From: a virus
Lineage: Duplodnaviria; Caudoviricetes
DNA length: 55,508 bases
IMG/VR virus record: IMGVR_UViG_3300050343_000179
Coordinates: 1 to 55,508 of that record
Reading direction: 5' to 3' (one strand)
This document shows positions 15,636 to 24,982 of the stretch, piece after piece. The first letter of the stretch is position 1; each line of letters begins with the position of its first letter. Under the pieces are notes generated by a model. That model searched no databases. It was not told the DNA's origin and was given only the letters and a program-made list of their open reading frames with translations. Both the position numbers and the translations under genes were made by a program.

Positions 15636-16025
15636 ATGGCAATTTACAACAGCAATTCACTTGACAGGTCAATCCTTTCTACAGAGTTGCCGCATCTGAG
15701 CTGCAATGAGCTTCGTAAGCTTTACCATGAGCTTATTGATTGCATCAATGAAATCACGGCCTCTTTGGCGGAGGTTTCAAGCTTTGAAGAGAAGCACGGC
15801 TATGCGCCCGACACTGAATGGTGTTACAGAGCAAAAAAAAAGCTGCGAATCTCGACGCAATTTGCAGCCAAGATTGAAGCGATGAACAAGCCGCTGCCAA
15901 AAAATTACAATCAGTTGTACCAAGATCACTTTCTCCGCATTCTTTTGGAGGAACTTGGCCCTGCTGCACTTAAAAAAATCCAAGCCGAAGCTTCGGTAAT
16001 CGCTCGATCAGAATCCAATGAATGA
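15636..16025 (+). CDS. hypothetical helical protein, 129 aa
   Basis: In-operon ORF. Confidence 0.7.
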   Translation: MAIYNSNSLDRSILSTELPHLSCNELRKLYHELIDCINEITASLAEVSSFEEKHGYAPDTEWCYRAKKKLRISTQFAAKIEAMNKPLPKNYNQLYQDHFLRILLEELGPAALKKIQAEASVIARSESNE

Positions 16026-16182
16026 AAAGCAACTTGAAGTCAGTATTGAGTCGGTCAAAGGTCTTTTAATTGACGGCTATAACAATTACGAAAAAAGCCT
16101 TCAACGCCGCCAAGGTGATTCCCGGTATTGGGATGGCTACATTCGCGGTATTCAACACGTTCTGGAAATGCACAATCAATGA
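16018..16182 (+). CDS. hypothetical protein, 54 aa (not in ORF track)
   Basis: MNEKQLEVS...YWDGYIRGIQHVLEMHNQ; overlaps both neighbours by a few nt. Confidence 0.7.
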   Translation: MNEKQLEVSIESVKGLLIDGYNNYEKSLQRRQGDSRYWDGYIRGIQHVLEMHNQ

Positions 16183-16346
16183 AAATTAAATTCGGCCTTT
16201 TTACTCGCTTGCAATTTGCCTTATTGGCTGTCATTAGTCCTCAACGGCTAGTCACAGCAATCACAGCTGGGTTCCTATCAGCTGTTGACTCGTTAGAAGA
16301 TGACGAGCTAAGAATGCTTGTAGAGGAAATTAACGATGCAGATTGA
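16179..16346 (+). CDS. hypothetical protein, 55 aa
   Basis: ATGA-coupled start MKIKFGLF within the listed 16128 ORF. Confidence 0.6.
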   Translation: MKIKFGLFTRLQFALLAVISPQRLVTAITAGFLSAVDSLEDDELRMLVEEINDAD

Positions 16347-17061
16347 CCCTTATTTTCAGATTGGCCTTCTTAGCCAGACCAGGGATCCAGCCACTCTTTG
16401 CTGGCAGGCCATGCATCAGGATTATTCAGAGGGGTGGGTCTTTCATGACGAGCCATTGAGTGAGCCAGATGCTGGTGACCGAATCGTAAAGCACCTGCTT
16501 CTGGGAGGTCGCGGCCATTACGGGCCGCTAGAGCACGCAAGCATTACGTTCGCTGTTGGTTATTTTCCTCACTCAGTAATCCAACAAGCCCGGACCCATA
16601 GGGTTGGCACTAGCTGGGACGTTCAATCGATGCGCTACACCGGCAAGCGAATTGCTGCTGTTGCTGAAGGTATTGTTGATGTCGAGGAGGCGTTCTACCT
16701 GCGACCTGTTGGTGATTACACCAATCGCCAGGGCAAGCGGTACACATACGACGAGCGGCTACGGGCCAAGGATCTGCAGCACTGCGAGGACTCGGCTCGG
16801 CGCTATAAAGAAGCCTTGGATGCTGGCATCTCCGAAGAACACGCGAGGGGAGTGCTGCCATTTGACTACCGGCAGCATTTTGTCGTGACCTTCAATCTAC
16901 GCAGCTTGATGCACTTTCTCGACTTGCGGGGCAAGGCTGACGCGCAGCTGGAAATTCATCAGATGTGCCAACTCATGATGCCACATTTTGAAAAGTGGAT
17001 TCCATCAGTTCACGGCTGGTACACAAAAAATCGCTGGGGTAAAGCACGTTTAGCACCATGA
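16336..17061 (+). CDS. thyX: flavin-dependent thymidylate synthase
   Basis: GHYGPLEH, QARTHRVGTSWDVQSMRY, EHARGVLP, NLRSLMHFLDLR and AQLEI. Confidence 0.96.
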   Translation: MQIDPYFQIGLLSQTRDPATLCWQAMHQDYSEGWVFHDEPLSEPDAGDRIVKHLLLGGRGHYGPLEHASITFAVGYFPHSVIQQARTHRVGTSWDVQSMRYTGKRIAAVAEGIVDVEEAFYLRPVGDYTNRQGKRYTYDERLRAKDLQHCEDSARRYKEALDAGISEEHARGVLPFDYRQHFVVTFNLRSLMHFLDLRGKADAQLEIHQMCQLMMPHFEKWIPSVHGWYTKNRWGKARLAP

Positions 17062-17354
17062 CAAAACAATCACGCCGCACACCGTTCAAGTTCTCCGTTG
17101 GTGATCGAGTCGCTGAAAAGCCTCGTATCCACCTAGGGCTTGCAGTTAAGCAAGAAAATCAACGCCGCTATCCGTCACGAACCGGCACAGTTACTGAGCT
17201 TAGGTCTAAGACTAGAAAAGACGGCCATCAGCGCAAATACCTTGCTGTTTTATGGGATGGCTTCGCAACGCCATCTGAGCATGAACAGATGCGAGTTTGC
17301 GCTGTTGATGATCTTCAGACTTTAGAGCAGGACTTGATCTTGAATCACGATTGA
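17058..17354 (+). CDS. hypothetical protein (SH3-like pattern)
   Basis: FSVGDRV...GTV...VLWDG; ATGA-coupled. Confidence 0.7.
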   Translation: MTKQSRRTPFKFSVGDRVAEKPRIHLGLAVKQENQRRYPSRTGTVTELRSKTRKDGHQRKYLAVLWDGFATPSEHEQMRVCAVDDLQTLEQDLILNHD

Positions 17355-17468
17355 ATTAGGAGGGGACGCCACCGGCTCTCGCGCCTGCGTGGCTTGGTTC
17401 AGGTGATCCCCATGCGCCTCAGGACAAGCCAACCCTGAGATTGGTTTGAAAAAAATCATATCATGCGG

Positions 17469-17669
17469 TCAACTGCGATCTAACAGCAAATCCATTGATG
17501 CCGCAAAAAGCATACTCTTTAGGCGTATCAACTCTTCTTGCTCTGCAGGATCACCCCCAGGCCATTTTTCTAGCTTGAGCGTGACAGATTCAAGCAAAAG
17601 TTTCACTATGCGCTCTGACGCTAAAATTTGAACGACTGGCTCATTGGTGTTACTTGCGTCCGCTGTCAT
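17469..17669 (-). CDS. hypothetical protein, lone inverted gene
   Basis: Fills the gap; KWPGGDPAEQEEL motif. Confidence 0.65.
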   Translation of the reverse strand: MTADASNTNEPVVQILASERIVKLLLESVTLKLEKWPGGDPAEQEELIRLKSMLFAASMDLLLDRS

Positions 17670-17712
17670 CTCAAACCAATCTCATTTTTAACGTTTTTAC
17701 GGCTTTATTTTA

Positions 17713-17886
17713 ATGAACACGTCTGAAACTGGCATAAAACTAATTGCTCACGGGGTAGAATCCTACTTCAAGCCCTGGTATTTTGATGGGAAAGTTGTTT
17801 ATTGGGGCAACCCGGAGCAGACTGAGTCAGGCGCACTGGCAGCAGCTCAAGAACTAAAAGCTTTTCTTCTCAATCGTCTCGAATGA
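17713..17886 (+). CDS. hypothetical protein, 57 aa (not in ORF track)
   Basis: MNTSETGIK...PWYFDGKVVYWG...; ATGA overlap with the next gene. Confidence 0.6.
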   Translation: MNTSETGIKLIAHGVESYFKPWYFDGKVVYWGNPEQTESGALAAAQELKAFLLNRLE

Positions 17887-18191
17887 CCAGTCATCGATCC
17901 CATTCTGGGAAGCTAAGTGTTTCTGACAAGAGCGGAGAATGGATTGCAACTATTAAGACTGACTCTGATCTTTTCCAGATAGCCTTAAACGCAGTAACAG
18001 CTGAAAGCGCAATATTACAAGGCGAGCAGCTTTATGCTGATTTACGCGCAGTTGCTAATCCGAAGCCGTACTGCTGGCAGTGCCTGCATTGGAAGTTAGT
18101 ACAATCAGAATGCAGTCTTGGTTTTGCCGAGGGGAAATCAAGTGGTGGAAGATTTGCCAGCCAATGCTCGGCCTTCTGGTTCGACGATTGA
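17883..18191 (+). CDS. hypothetical protein with C-terminal Cys cluster
   Basis: CWQCLHW...C..GF.E...A..C. Confidence 0.7.
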   Translation: MTSHRSHSGKLSVSDKSGEWIATIKTDSDLFQIALNAVTAESAILQGEQLYADLRAVANPKPYCWQCLHWKLVQSECSLGFAEGKSSGGRFASQCSAFWFDD

Positions 18192-18360
18192 GATACCCTG
18201 CTGGGCAATAGATTTTGGTGAAGGTTTTTATATTGAAATCTTACGTGACGAAAAGCAATCTATTAGGTACAGGTCTTGCAGCCCAGGCGGAGCAGTCTGC
18301 AGGTATTCAGATGATTTCTGGCGTGCAAAGACTTACCTGTATCACATGATGAACCCTTAA
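18118..18360 (+). CDS. hypothetical protein (start uncertain, probably ~18185)
   Basis: YRSC...CRYSDDFWRA; last gene of the plus-strand block. Confidence 0.55.
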   Translation: MVLPRGNQVVEDLPANARPSGSTIEIPCWAIDFGEGFYIEILRDEKQSIRYRSCSPGGAVCRYSDDFWRAKTYLYHMMNP

Positions 18361-18989
18361 AGTTCGTCTAGTGTTCCATGTTCCATCCAATACTTAATGT
18401 AATCTTCGCGCTCTTGGCTCCAGAATGATTGCTCCCTGAACCATTCAATCATTGGCCGATCAGATTTTGATCCATTACAGAACTTGCAACAGCACACCAA
18501 GTTATTCGTGACACTCATACTGCCACCTTTCGATCTAGCAAGGATATGATCCAAGGTGTCTCCGGGCTGACCGCAGTAAGCGCAACGATCATCCCACTCA
18601 TCAAATATTTGACGCCTGAACCTGTGCCTGCTTTTTTTCTTTGGTACAAGCTCTGACCCTATTATTTCGTGTCCAATAAATCCGCCACTTAGAGGCACCA
18701 CCTCCATGTCAAAACTTACTATCTCTTCCGTCAGTTCCTCTAGTCGTGATGCAAATATCTCACTAAATTCTTCAGGCTCCTGATCTTCCTTTGCCGAGGT
18801 CAGAAACATGATTTTTGCAGTTGTTAGGTAGCGTTTTTCGACTTGATAGGAAATGCTATTTTCCGGCAGTCGCTTTGGGCATTTTTGTGGATCGCAGACC
18901 CAGCCATTTTTGCCATGACTCATCTCTGAGGTAGGCAAGTACTCTCGGCACAGACTGCTTCTTCTACATTGCCTGAACTCAGCTGCCAC
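18357..18989 (-). CDS. HNH endonuclease with N-terminal extension
   Basis: CAYCG...TLDHILARSKGG...NLVCCCKFCNGSK. Confidence 0.9.
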   Translation of the reverse strand: MAAEFRQCRRSSLCREYLPTSEMSHGKNGWVCDPQKCPKRLPENSISYQVEKRYLTTAKIMFLTSAKEDQEPEEFSEIFASRLEELTEEIVSFDMEVVPLSGGFIGHEIIGSELVPKKKSRHRFRRQIFDEWDDRCAYCGQPGDTLDHILARSKGGSMSVTNNLVCCCKFCNGSKSDRPMIEWFREQSFWSQEREDYIKYWMEHGTLDEL

Positions 18990-19034
18990 TACTGCCGTTG
19001 TCAGGCTTACTAATGCTAGCCAAGGGGTTTGCTT

Positions 19035-19550
19035 CTATCCCTTGCTGCCCTGAACCGTTGCATCACCGTTGTATCTGCCTGTTTTTGAATAGCTGTTTAT
19101 TGGAACTTCGCTCATCCTCATAAAGATGATCTGCCCTATTTTCAGGCCAGGGTATAACGGAAGATCATAATGGCGTCTTACATTTACTAATTCGAGGGTT
19201 AATTTACTGCTACAGAAGCCTGGATCGATCCACCCGGCAAGCAGGTTTTCGTATCCTTCCCTAGCTCTGCTTGATTTCAACGCAAACTGAGCGCAAATGT
19301 GATCAGGGATTTTCTTAAAGGTTTCATGCGTTTCGGCCAAGACAAACTCTCCTGGCGTCAATCGATAAGGGTTCTTTTCTGTTCTGTTGGAAATGTCAAC
19401 ATGGAGCAAATCTTTTTGCCCTGCGACTTCAATCATCAGCCCACTCCCCAGCCTCACGTCTAGCGATGCCGGGTTGACTAGGTCTTCAGACCAGTCTTCC
19501 ATTGCTCCGCCGGAGCACAGCAGAGTAATTTCTCGATCAGAAAGCACCAT
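19035..19550 (-). CDS. dcd: dCTP deaminase
   Basis: LSDREI, NPASLDVRL, KSSRAREG, IDPGF, TLEL and IGQ. Confidence 0.93.
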   Translation of the reverse strand: MVLSDREITLLCSGGAMEDWSEDLVNPASLDVRLGSGLMIEVAGQKDLLHVDISNRTEKNPYRLTPGEFVLAETHETFKKIPDHICAQFALKSSRAREGYENLLAGWIDPGFCSSKLTLELVNVRRHYDLPLYPGLKIGQIIFMRMSEVPINSYSKTGRYNGDATVQGSKG

Positions 19551-19552
19551 TT

Positions 19553-20626
19553 CTAGTAATCCCAGCGTATTCTTGGACCGCCTTCTCGCATGCCGAGATG
19601 GACAAACCCTTTGTTAGCTCCATATCCTAAGCTATGCAGCCAATTTTGGTCACACCATTCTTGTACAGCGTAAATGTCAACGCCCTGTACATAAAAATCC
19701 ACAGCGCCAACGCCTGGTGCGGGGTACAGGTGCTCTGAGCCGCTCGCACCTCCAACTGATCGATTAATCGCTGGTGGCCTGTAGCCAGACGTAATGATTA
19801 CCGGCTTTCCGCCAAACCTGCCACGAACACGCTCCAGAAACGCGGCCAGAGTCGCTGCAGTATCTAGCTGATGCTGCTCGTTAAATCGCCTCTCTTCCAA
19901 ATTCAGCGCAAATTCTCCCAGCGTGACGTGGGGTGTCAGCCTGCTAGAGAATGCGGATTCAGGCCGTAGTTTTGCAGTTTCAGTTGGCGGTGACTGATCG
20001 CCACCTTTCCAGAGCTTGCCCTCGGCTTGCCTTCGACGTTTCAGACCGGCTTCAAAGCTGCTCCCAGGGTTTCTATACAACAGCATCGCGTCAGGAACAG
20101 CTTGCCAGTCTTTCGCACGAAGATTTTTGCTGATAGTTTCAAAGCCTTGTGATCCATAAAATCCAGAGCCGAGGTTGTAGGCAAAACTGATCAACGCCGC
20201 TTGCTGATTTTCCGCCATTTCCGCCCAATAGGGAACAGTTTGCGAAAGTTTTTCTTCAATCTTGTCTACTGTTTTTTCTAGCAAGGCATCGCCTTCTTTT
20301 CTCCTGATCCAGTCGCCTTCTCTTACGGGGCGGCCATCAGGATGAGTCAGTGAGCCCCATCCAATCGTCCAGAACCCTGCAGGGCACAGATATGCCTCGG
20401 CGTGCCATCCTTCAAACTTCTTAATAAGTTCCAATGCTTGCTTGTGATCAGACTGCTTGCCTGATTGACTCCATGTTGCGAACCATTCTCGATCACGTCG
20501 CATGGCAGCTTCGTATCCATTAGCCGCTAGATCTTCTTCTAGCAACGAGATACTTGCAGCTTGATGCGGCAAACCTTTGTAATAGCGGAACAGCTGCTCC
20601 AAGGCGATCGATTTACTGTTCGTCAT
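19553..20626 (-). CDS. dual-domain endolysin: GH24 lysozyme plus peptidase M15
   Basis: IKKFEG/YLCPAGFWTIGWG/RRQAE lysozyme motifs; SGYR..N..VGGA..SEH, AVDF and FVHL peptidase motifs. Start taken at MTNSK. Confidence 0.9.
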   Translation of the reverse strand: MTNSKSIALEQLFRYYKGLPHQAASISLLEEDLAANGYEAAMRRDREWFATWSQSGKQSDHKQALELIKKFEGWHAEAYLCPAGFWTIGWGSLTHPDGRPVREGDWIRRKEGDALLEKTVDKIEEKLSQTVPYWAEMAENQQAALISFAYNLGSGFYGSQGFETISKNLRAKDWQAVPDAMLLYRNPGSSFEAGLKRRRQAEGKLWKGGDQSPPTETAKLRPESAFSSRLTPHVTLGEFALNLEERRFNEQHQLDTAATLAAFLERVRGRFGGKPVIITSGYRPPAINRSVGGASGSEHLYPAPGVGAVDFYVQGVDIYAVQEWCDQNWLHSLGYGANKGFVHLGMREGGPRIRWDY

Positions 20627-20837
20627 TCCAGGGTGATTTAATGTGCAGGTCGTTAGTTTTGGGTGGCGGCATGGCTGGCGGCTGTGATTTATGCCAGCGT
20701 TCAACTTCAGCATCGATCCGAGGCTTAAGTGTTGCCTTGAACTTGCGACGTTGAATTTCTTGCCTTACGCCCTCAATCGGTGATCGCGTCGAGAATCGAA
20801 ACAACCATCGCCCGTCAGCAGGGATCAGTTCTTTTTT
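20613..20837 (-). CDS. -1 frame extension of the holin-like gene (or independent small gene)
   Basis: Open from the A-AAA-AAG site: ELIPADGRWLFRFSTRS...SPWNDEQ. Confidence 0.6.
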   Translation of the reverse strand, partial: KKELIPADGRWLFRFSTRSPIEGVRQEIQRRKFKATLKPRIDAEVERWHKSQPPAMPPPKTNDLHIKSPWNDEQ

Positions 20838-20974
20838 CCTTTCAATGCGCGAAGTGCATGAAAAATAAGCTGAATTACGCTGTTGTCTCTCATCGGAGAT
20901 AACGCGATCACCTCAGATGCAGCAGCAATCACAATCCAAGTGATCGGTGATGCCAGGATTTCTTCGATGCCCAT
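20825..20974 (-). CDS. holin-like membrane protein, 49 aa (not in ORF track)
   Basis: MGIEEILASPITWIVIAAASEVIALSPMRDNSVIQLIFHALRALKGKKN, upstream of the endolysin. Confidence 0.7.
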   Translation of the reverse strand: MGIEEILASPITWIVIAAASEVIALSPMRDNSVIQLIFHALRALKGKKN

Positions 20975-21000
20975 CGGTAATCCATCAGTTCAGGTAAATT

Positions 21001-21267
21001 CTAATCCTTTCCGGCTTCTAGGACACTTATACGGTTCCCGTGATCATTCAGGCGTTCGTAAATTTCTTTTCGATCCATGTTGGCCTGAACCTTTTCGGCT
21101 TTCATGTCTTGGTGCAGATCCTCTAGCTTGGTCGCTATTGACTCAACGCCAGCGGTAAGCCTAATAACCGCTTCACGGCTTTCGCTTGTACGCCTACTGA
21201 ATCCTGAGACTGACATCCCCGCGATACCAATGGATGCTCCCAGGATCGCGGCATAGATTTCGATCAC
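21001..21267 (-). CDS. TM plus coiled-coil lysis-associated protein
   Basis: N-terminal TM segment, heptad region ending RISVLE; lies in the lysis cassette. Confidence 0.65.
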   Translation of the reverse strand: MIEIYAAILGASIGIAGMSVSGFSRRTSESREAVIRLTAGVESIATKLEDLHQDMKAEKVQANMDRKEIYERLNDHGNRISVLEAGKD

Positions 21268-21335
21268 TGTTCACTGAGTCGACTGGTTTCTCACCCTATT
21301 TTAATGGTTTTCTCGGTTGCATTCGATGCGGTTGA

Positions 21336-21674
21336 TCATGCAAACACCCGGTATGGATTTTCTGGTGCTACCTCAAAGGCTTCCCAACCATCAGGCAGAT
21401 CACCTAGATAGTTGATGTGAAAGCCATCAAGTGTTGTTGGAGCAACGATCTCAGTGCCGTCTTCATCCCACTCACCACCTTCTGTGATGGTTCCCACGAC
21501 ATCAATAGCGCGGGAGTGTGTGTAAGCCTGTAGCTGTTCTGTTTCGTTACCGTCTTCATCAGTGACAGTAGTCAAGAAGCCAGCAGTACGAGCAGCATCT
21601 AGCCAAGCAGTTTCATCAGCAAACCGGAAGAAAGGACCGGGTACTGGTGGGGTTTCGAGTAGTTCTTCAGTCAT
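21336..21674 (-). CDS. putative fibre assembly chaperone
   Basis: Small acidic ORF immediately after a fibre gene; IDVVGTI...GFHIN...PENPYRVFA. Confidence 0.55.
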   Translation of the reverse strand: MTEELLETPPVPGPFFRFADETAWLDAARTAGFLTTVTDEDGNETEQLQAYTHSRAIDVVGTITEGGEWDEDGTEIVAPTTLDGFHINYLGDLPDGWEAFEVAPENPYRVFA

Positions 21675-21679
21675 AGTAG

Positions 21680-24600
21680 TTAGGAAGTCAATTTGACAAG
21701 TTCTTGATCAGTCTTACGAGTGGGGAAGTACGCAAGGCGGGAGATGTGGCCGTTTATAACATTGTTTCCATTGTTTCCTATTTGCGCTCTATTTAACGTA
21801 TTCAAATCTCCAGTAATAACGGTTCCTTCACCAGAGAGAGTCTTGTCGACACATGTTATGTAACTAGAAGTGTTGTATCCACTGGCCGCCTTGTACGAAT
21901 TAGTGGGCGCAGCAAGGGACACATCACTGCCACTGAACTGAAAATCATGTTGACCGCTACTAGCGTTGCGTTTATGGAATAATCGACCCGTAGCGTTTGT
22001 GCCATTGTCAATTTGAAGAATTACACCATTGGATGAATTACCTGACAGCCATTGAGTGGTGATGTCACTGTAAATCGTCCCTTCACTTTGGTTATACCAA
22101 CTATCAACACCTAGGGCACTGGTTGATACATCCGCTGCACGGGTGACGGTTGAGCCGGTTGTGGGGATGTAGGAGCTTGCATATGGTGCAGCTTCGATTT
22201 GAGCGCCCCAGATGTAGATAGGGTCAGTTGCAGTTAGCATGTTGATGTCAAAGAACCTGTAAGTGTTATTCCTATCTCCGCCAACCTTGACGTATCTTTT
22301 CCACTCACCGTCAACCGTAGTTGATATACCTCCGACTGGATAAAAATCATTAATGTCTACATTAAAGCTAGTTGTTCCCCCATTTACTGTTTTTGCCCAA
22401 AATGATATCGCATAGGTTGTATTAGGAGTACCGCCTCCTGCAGATCCGACCCGCCATACATTACTACCAGCAGAACCAAACGAAAGTTTACGAACTGACT
22501 CTGATACACCTCTTGGTGAAATAATGTTCTCAAGTGATTGAATTATATTTGAAGCAAGCGGTGATCCCGCCACTACGTCAGAACCTAGAGCAGTGTTAGT
22601 CCTCGCCTCTTCAAGCAGCAGCTCCCCGTTCTCATACCTGGCAGCACCTGAGATGGTGGATGTCGTGGGTATGTATTCAGTAGGAGTCGTGCCTTCTTCG
22701 GTCTGAGCGTGCCATAGGCTTATTTGAAAACTAGAAGGGATGGAAGCACCTTGAACAGTTCTCAGGTCAACCAACAATCTGCCGTCTGTATTAACTGCTG
22801 ATGTGGTTACGACTGTAAATTTCTGCCATTCAGTAGTGACGTTAATTGATTCGGTCCCATCAGATCCAATAGTCGAGTTAGTCATACCGGGCTTTCTTAA
22901 TCCTAAGGTTGCATTAGCATTGCCTTTAATCCAGATTGAGCTTACGTAAGATTCACCAATGATAGAACTTGTATCTTGATATATGTAACCAAACTCATTT
23001 GATGAAAAAGTAGTTGCAGTAGCAGTCCCGTCAGGGGCGGTTGTAGTAGACGAAATAACAGCAAAGTTACTTTTAGTCCAAGCAGCATTAGTAAATTGAT
23101 TGCTATACCGCAATTTATTAACCGGCGTCGTTTTAATCAACCCGGTTGCATCATCAACATAAGTCGCACTACTTGCACGACTGTCGAATGTATCAACACT
23201 TGGGGTGTATTCGGTTAGCTCAGAGCCTTCTTCTAATTGGGCTCCCCAGAGGTAGACGCCTTGTCCAGTACCAGCATATACTCGATTATTCCAATTACCA
23301 TCCTGACTTAATCTAACTTCAGTATAAGTTGTTGCAGCGGAAGAGGTTGTTGCAGTAATAGCAATTCGTTTCCATCCGTTTCCAACGTCTTGGATGTTAG
23401 TGACAGGAGATCCAACGGGAATAGACGAGGTATTGTTTACTAAATCAAAAGCTGCAATGCTGTTTGATATGGCTCCACCACCTGAATAAAACAAGAGGAA
23501 GCAATAGTTAAGACTTGCGGCTTTAACGTAAACGCTAAAGGTATAATCGGTAGCGTTTTTAAGCGTTGGTGTTGTTTGAAATACTTGATGACTGTTTGAT
23601 ACTGTGTTGTCTAAGACAAGTTCAGCGGTTTGACTGCCGTCTGGAGCAACTAAATTGTCTGGGATAATATTAGTATTTGCTTTATTCCAGACACTCTGAT
23701 CAACCCTTTCGCTATACGTCAGCAGGTTGGTCTTAGCAAACTTATTACCTTCAATCGTTGCGATGTCAGGTGAGCGCGTTACGCTGATTGAGGTTGTGGG
23801 GATAAGGGAAGTTGGGAAGGACCCTGCTTCTACCTGCATGCCGCCAAATTCCACACTAAGACCAGTTGTCATGCTCAGACTAAGTTGTGCAAAACCTGAC
23901 TGAGTACAAGTTAGTTTCACTGAAACTCTTCCTCCATCTAAAGTTGGAACCACATAATCTGTGTTTGAAATGTTTGCCCCCACGTTGCTTATTAATTTAC
24001 ATCCTACCTGACTAGCAGATACTTTTTTAGCGTAAAAAGAAACAACATATTCCACACCTTGCTGCACGGCGAAGAGCCCACCGTTGCCAGGGGCTGCTCC
24101 TGAGTTGTATGCGACTGAATTAAGATTTGCCGTAGCAGTGTATAAATTTATCCCATTTATTACGCCAGTTGCAGCTCTTCCATCATTAAAAGGCACGAAG
24201 CTGTTTTTAAATAAGTTAGTCCGTTCCTCTTCAATCAACAACCCCAAGGACTGACCAGTCACTGGGTCATGGTCAAAGCGGGGTGCTCCACTAATCGTTG
24301 CACCTGTGGGGATGTAGTCACCGGCGGTTGGAGATTCTTCCAGTTGTGCGCCCCAGAAATATACGTTAGTAATATAAGAATCGCCTTTATTTAAGACGTA
24401 AACACCTGTAGAAGCAGAGGGGTCAGTATGAGTAAAGGTAAAAGTAAATTTCTGCCATTCCGAAGTAGTCTCAAAAGAATTGACTGGAGTTTTAAATTGA
24501 GGTGAAGCGATGTAAAAGCTAAATTTATTATTAGTGCCGGGCGTTACAGCCTTTGCGTAAACAGAAATTGTATAGGTTTGACCTTGAGTTAATGTAACAC

Positions 24601-24982
24601 TTTGGGAAACATTTGTAGCGCCGGTTTGACTGAAATACAATAAGTCAGCAGTAAGAGTCCCATCAGGTGCAGCAATAGAATTAGGTGTAATAACTGAATT
24701 TGATGCAACAGTCCACTGATCAAACTGCTCACTATACCTAAGCAAATTAAACGGACTGGTTTTAATCAACCCATCACTACCGACATACGTCCCAATACTG
24801 GCACGGCTGAAGGTGATTAGATTGTTGCCACTGACTCTATCTGTAAGCGTTCTCTTATCTGCAAACCGTAGGTCTAGTGATGACGAACGAAACAAGCCGA
24901 GGCTATCTACGCCACCTGAGATGCTTTGGCGCAGTCCGGGGTTGAGGCCAAAATTAAGCCCAGTGTTTAGATTCGTTGCCAT
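21680..24982 (-). CDS. head-spike/fibre-type protein with repeated beta-sandwich modules, 1100 aa
   Basis: FSRAS..TY, GLLIEEERTNL and five WGAQLE...YIPT-type repeats. Confidence 0.75.
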   Translation of the reverse strand: MATNLNTGLNFGLNPGLRQSISGGVDSLGLFRSSSLDLRFADKRTLTDRVSGNNLITFSRASIGTYVGSDGLIKTSPFNLLRYSEQFDQWTVASNSVITPNSIAAPDGTLTADLLYFSQTGATNVSQSVTLTQGQTYTISVYAKAVTPGTNNKFSFYIASPQFKTPVNSFETTSEWQKFTFTFTHTDPSASTGVYVLNKGDSYITNVYFWGAQLEESPTAGDYIPTGATISGAPRFDHDPVTGQSLGLLIEEERTNLFKNSFVPFNDGRAATGVINGINLYTATANLNSVAYNSGAAPGNGGLFAVQQGVEYVVSFYAKKVSASQVGCKLISNVGANISNTDYVVPTLDGGRVSVKLTCTQSGFAQLSLSMTTGLSVEFGGMQVEAGSFPTSLIPTTSISVTRSPDIATIEGNKFAKTNLLTYSERVDQSVWNKANTNIIPDNLVAPDGSQTAELVLDNTVSNSHQVFQTTPTLKNATDYTFSVYVKAASLNYCFLLFYSGGGAISNSIAAFDLVNNTSSIPVGSPVTNIQDVGNGWKRIAITATTSSAATTYTEVRLSQDGNWNNRVYAGTGQGVYLWGAQLEEGSELTEYTPSVDTFDSRASSATYVDDATGLIKTTPVNKLRYSNQFTNAAWTKSNFAVISSTTTAPDGTATATTFSSNEFGYIYQDTSSIIGESYVSSIWIKGNANATLGLRKPGMTNSTIGSDGTESINVTTEWQKFTVVTTSAVNTDGRLLVDLRTVQGASIPSSFQISLWHAQTEEGTTPTEYIPTTSTISGAARYENGELLLEEARTNTALGSDVVAGSPLASNIIQSLENIISPRGVSESVRKLSFGSAGSNVWRVGSAGGGTPNTTYAISFWAKTVNGGTTSFNVDINDFYPVGGISTTVDGEWKRYVKVGGDRNNTYRFFDINMLTATDPIYIWGAQIEAAPYASSYIPTTGSTVTRAADVSTSALGVDSWYNQSEGTIYSDITTQWLSGNSSNGVILQIDNGTNATGRLFHKRNASSGQHDFQFSGSDVSLAAPTNSYKAASGYNTSSYITCVDKTLSGEGTVITGDLNTLNRAQIGNNGNNVINGHISRLAYFPTRKTDQELVKLTS

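Noticed and set aside
17362-17439. HDV-like ribozyme or tRNA
   Set aside because: GGC-TCTCGC-GCC recalls P3/L3, but I could not build P1, P2 and P1.1, and there is no cloverleaf. Kept only as a generic structured element.
20627-20713. N-terminal extension of the endolysin in the ORF track
   Set aside because: It overlaps the upstream coding frame; the ATG at 20626 is the more plausible start.
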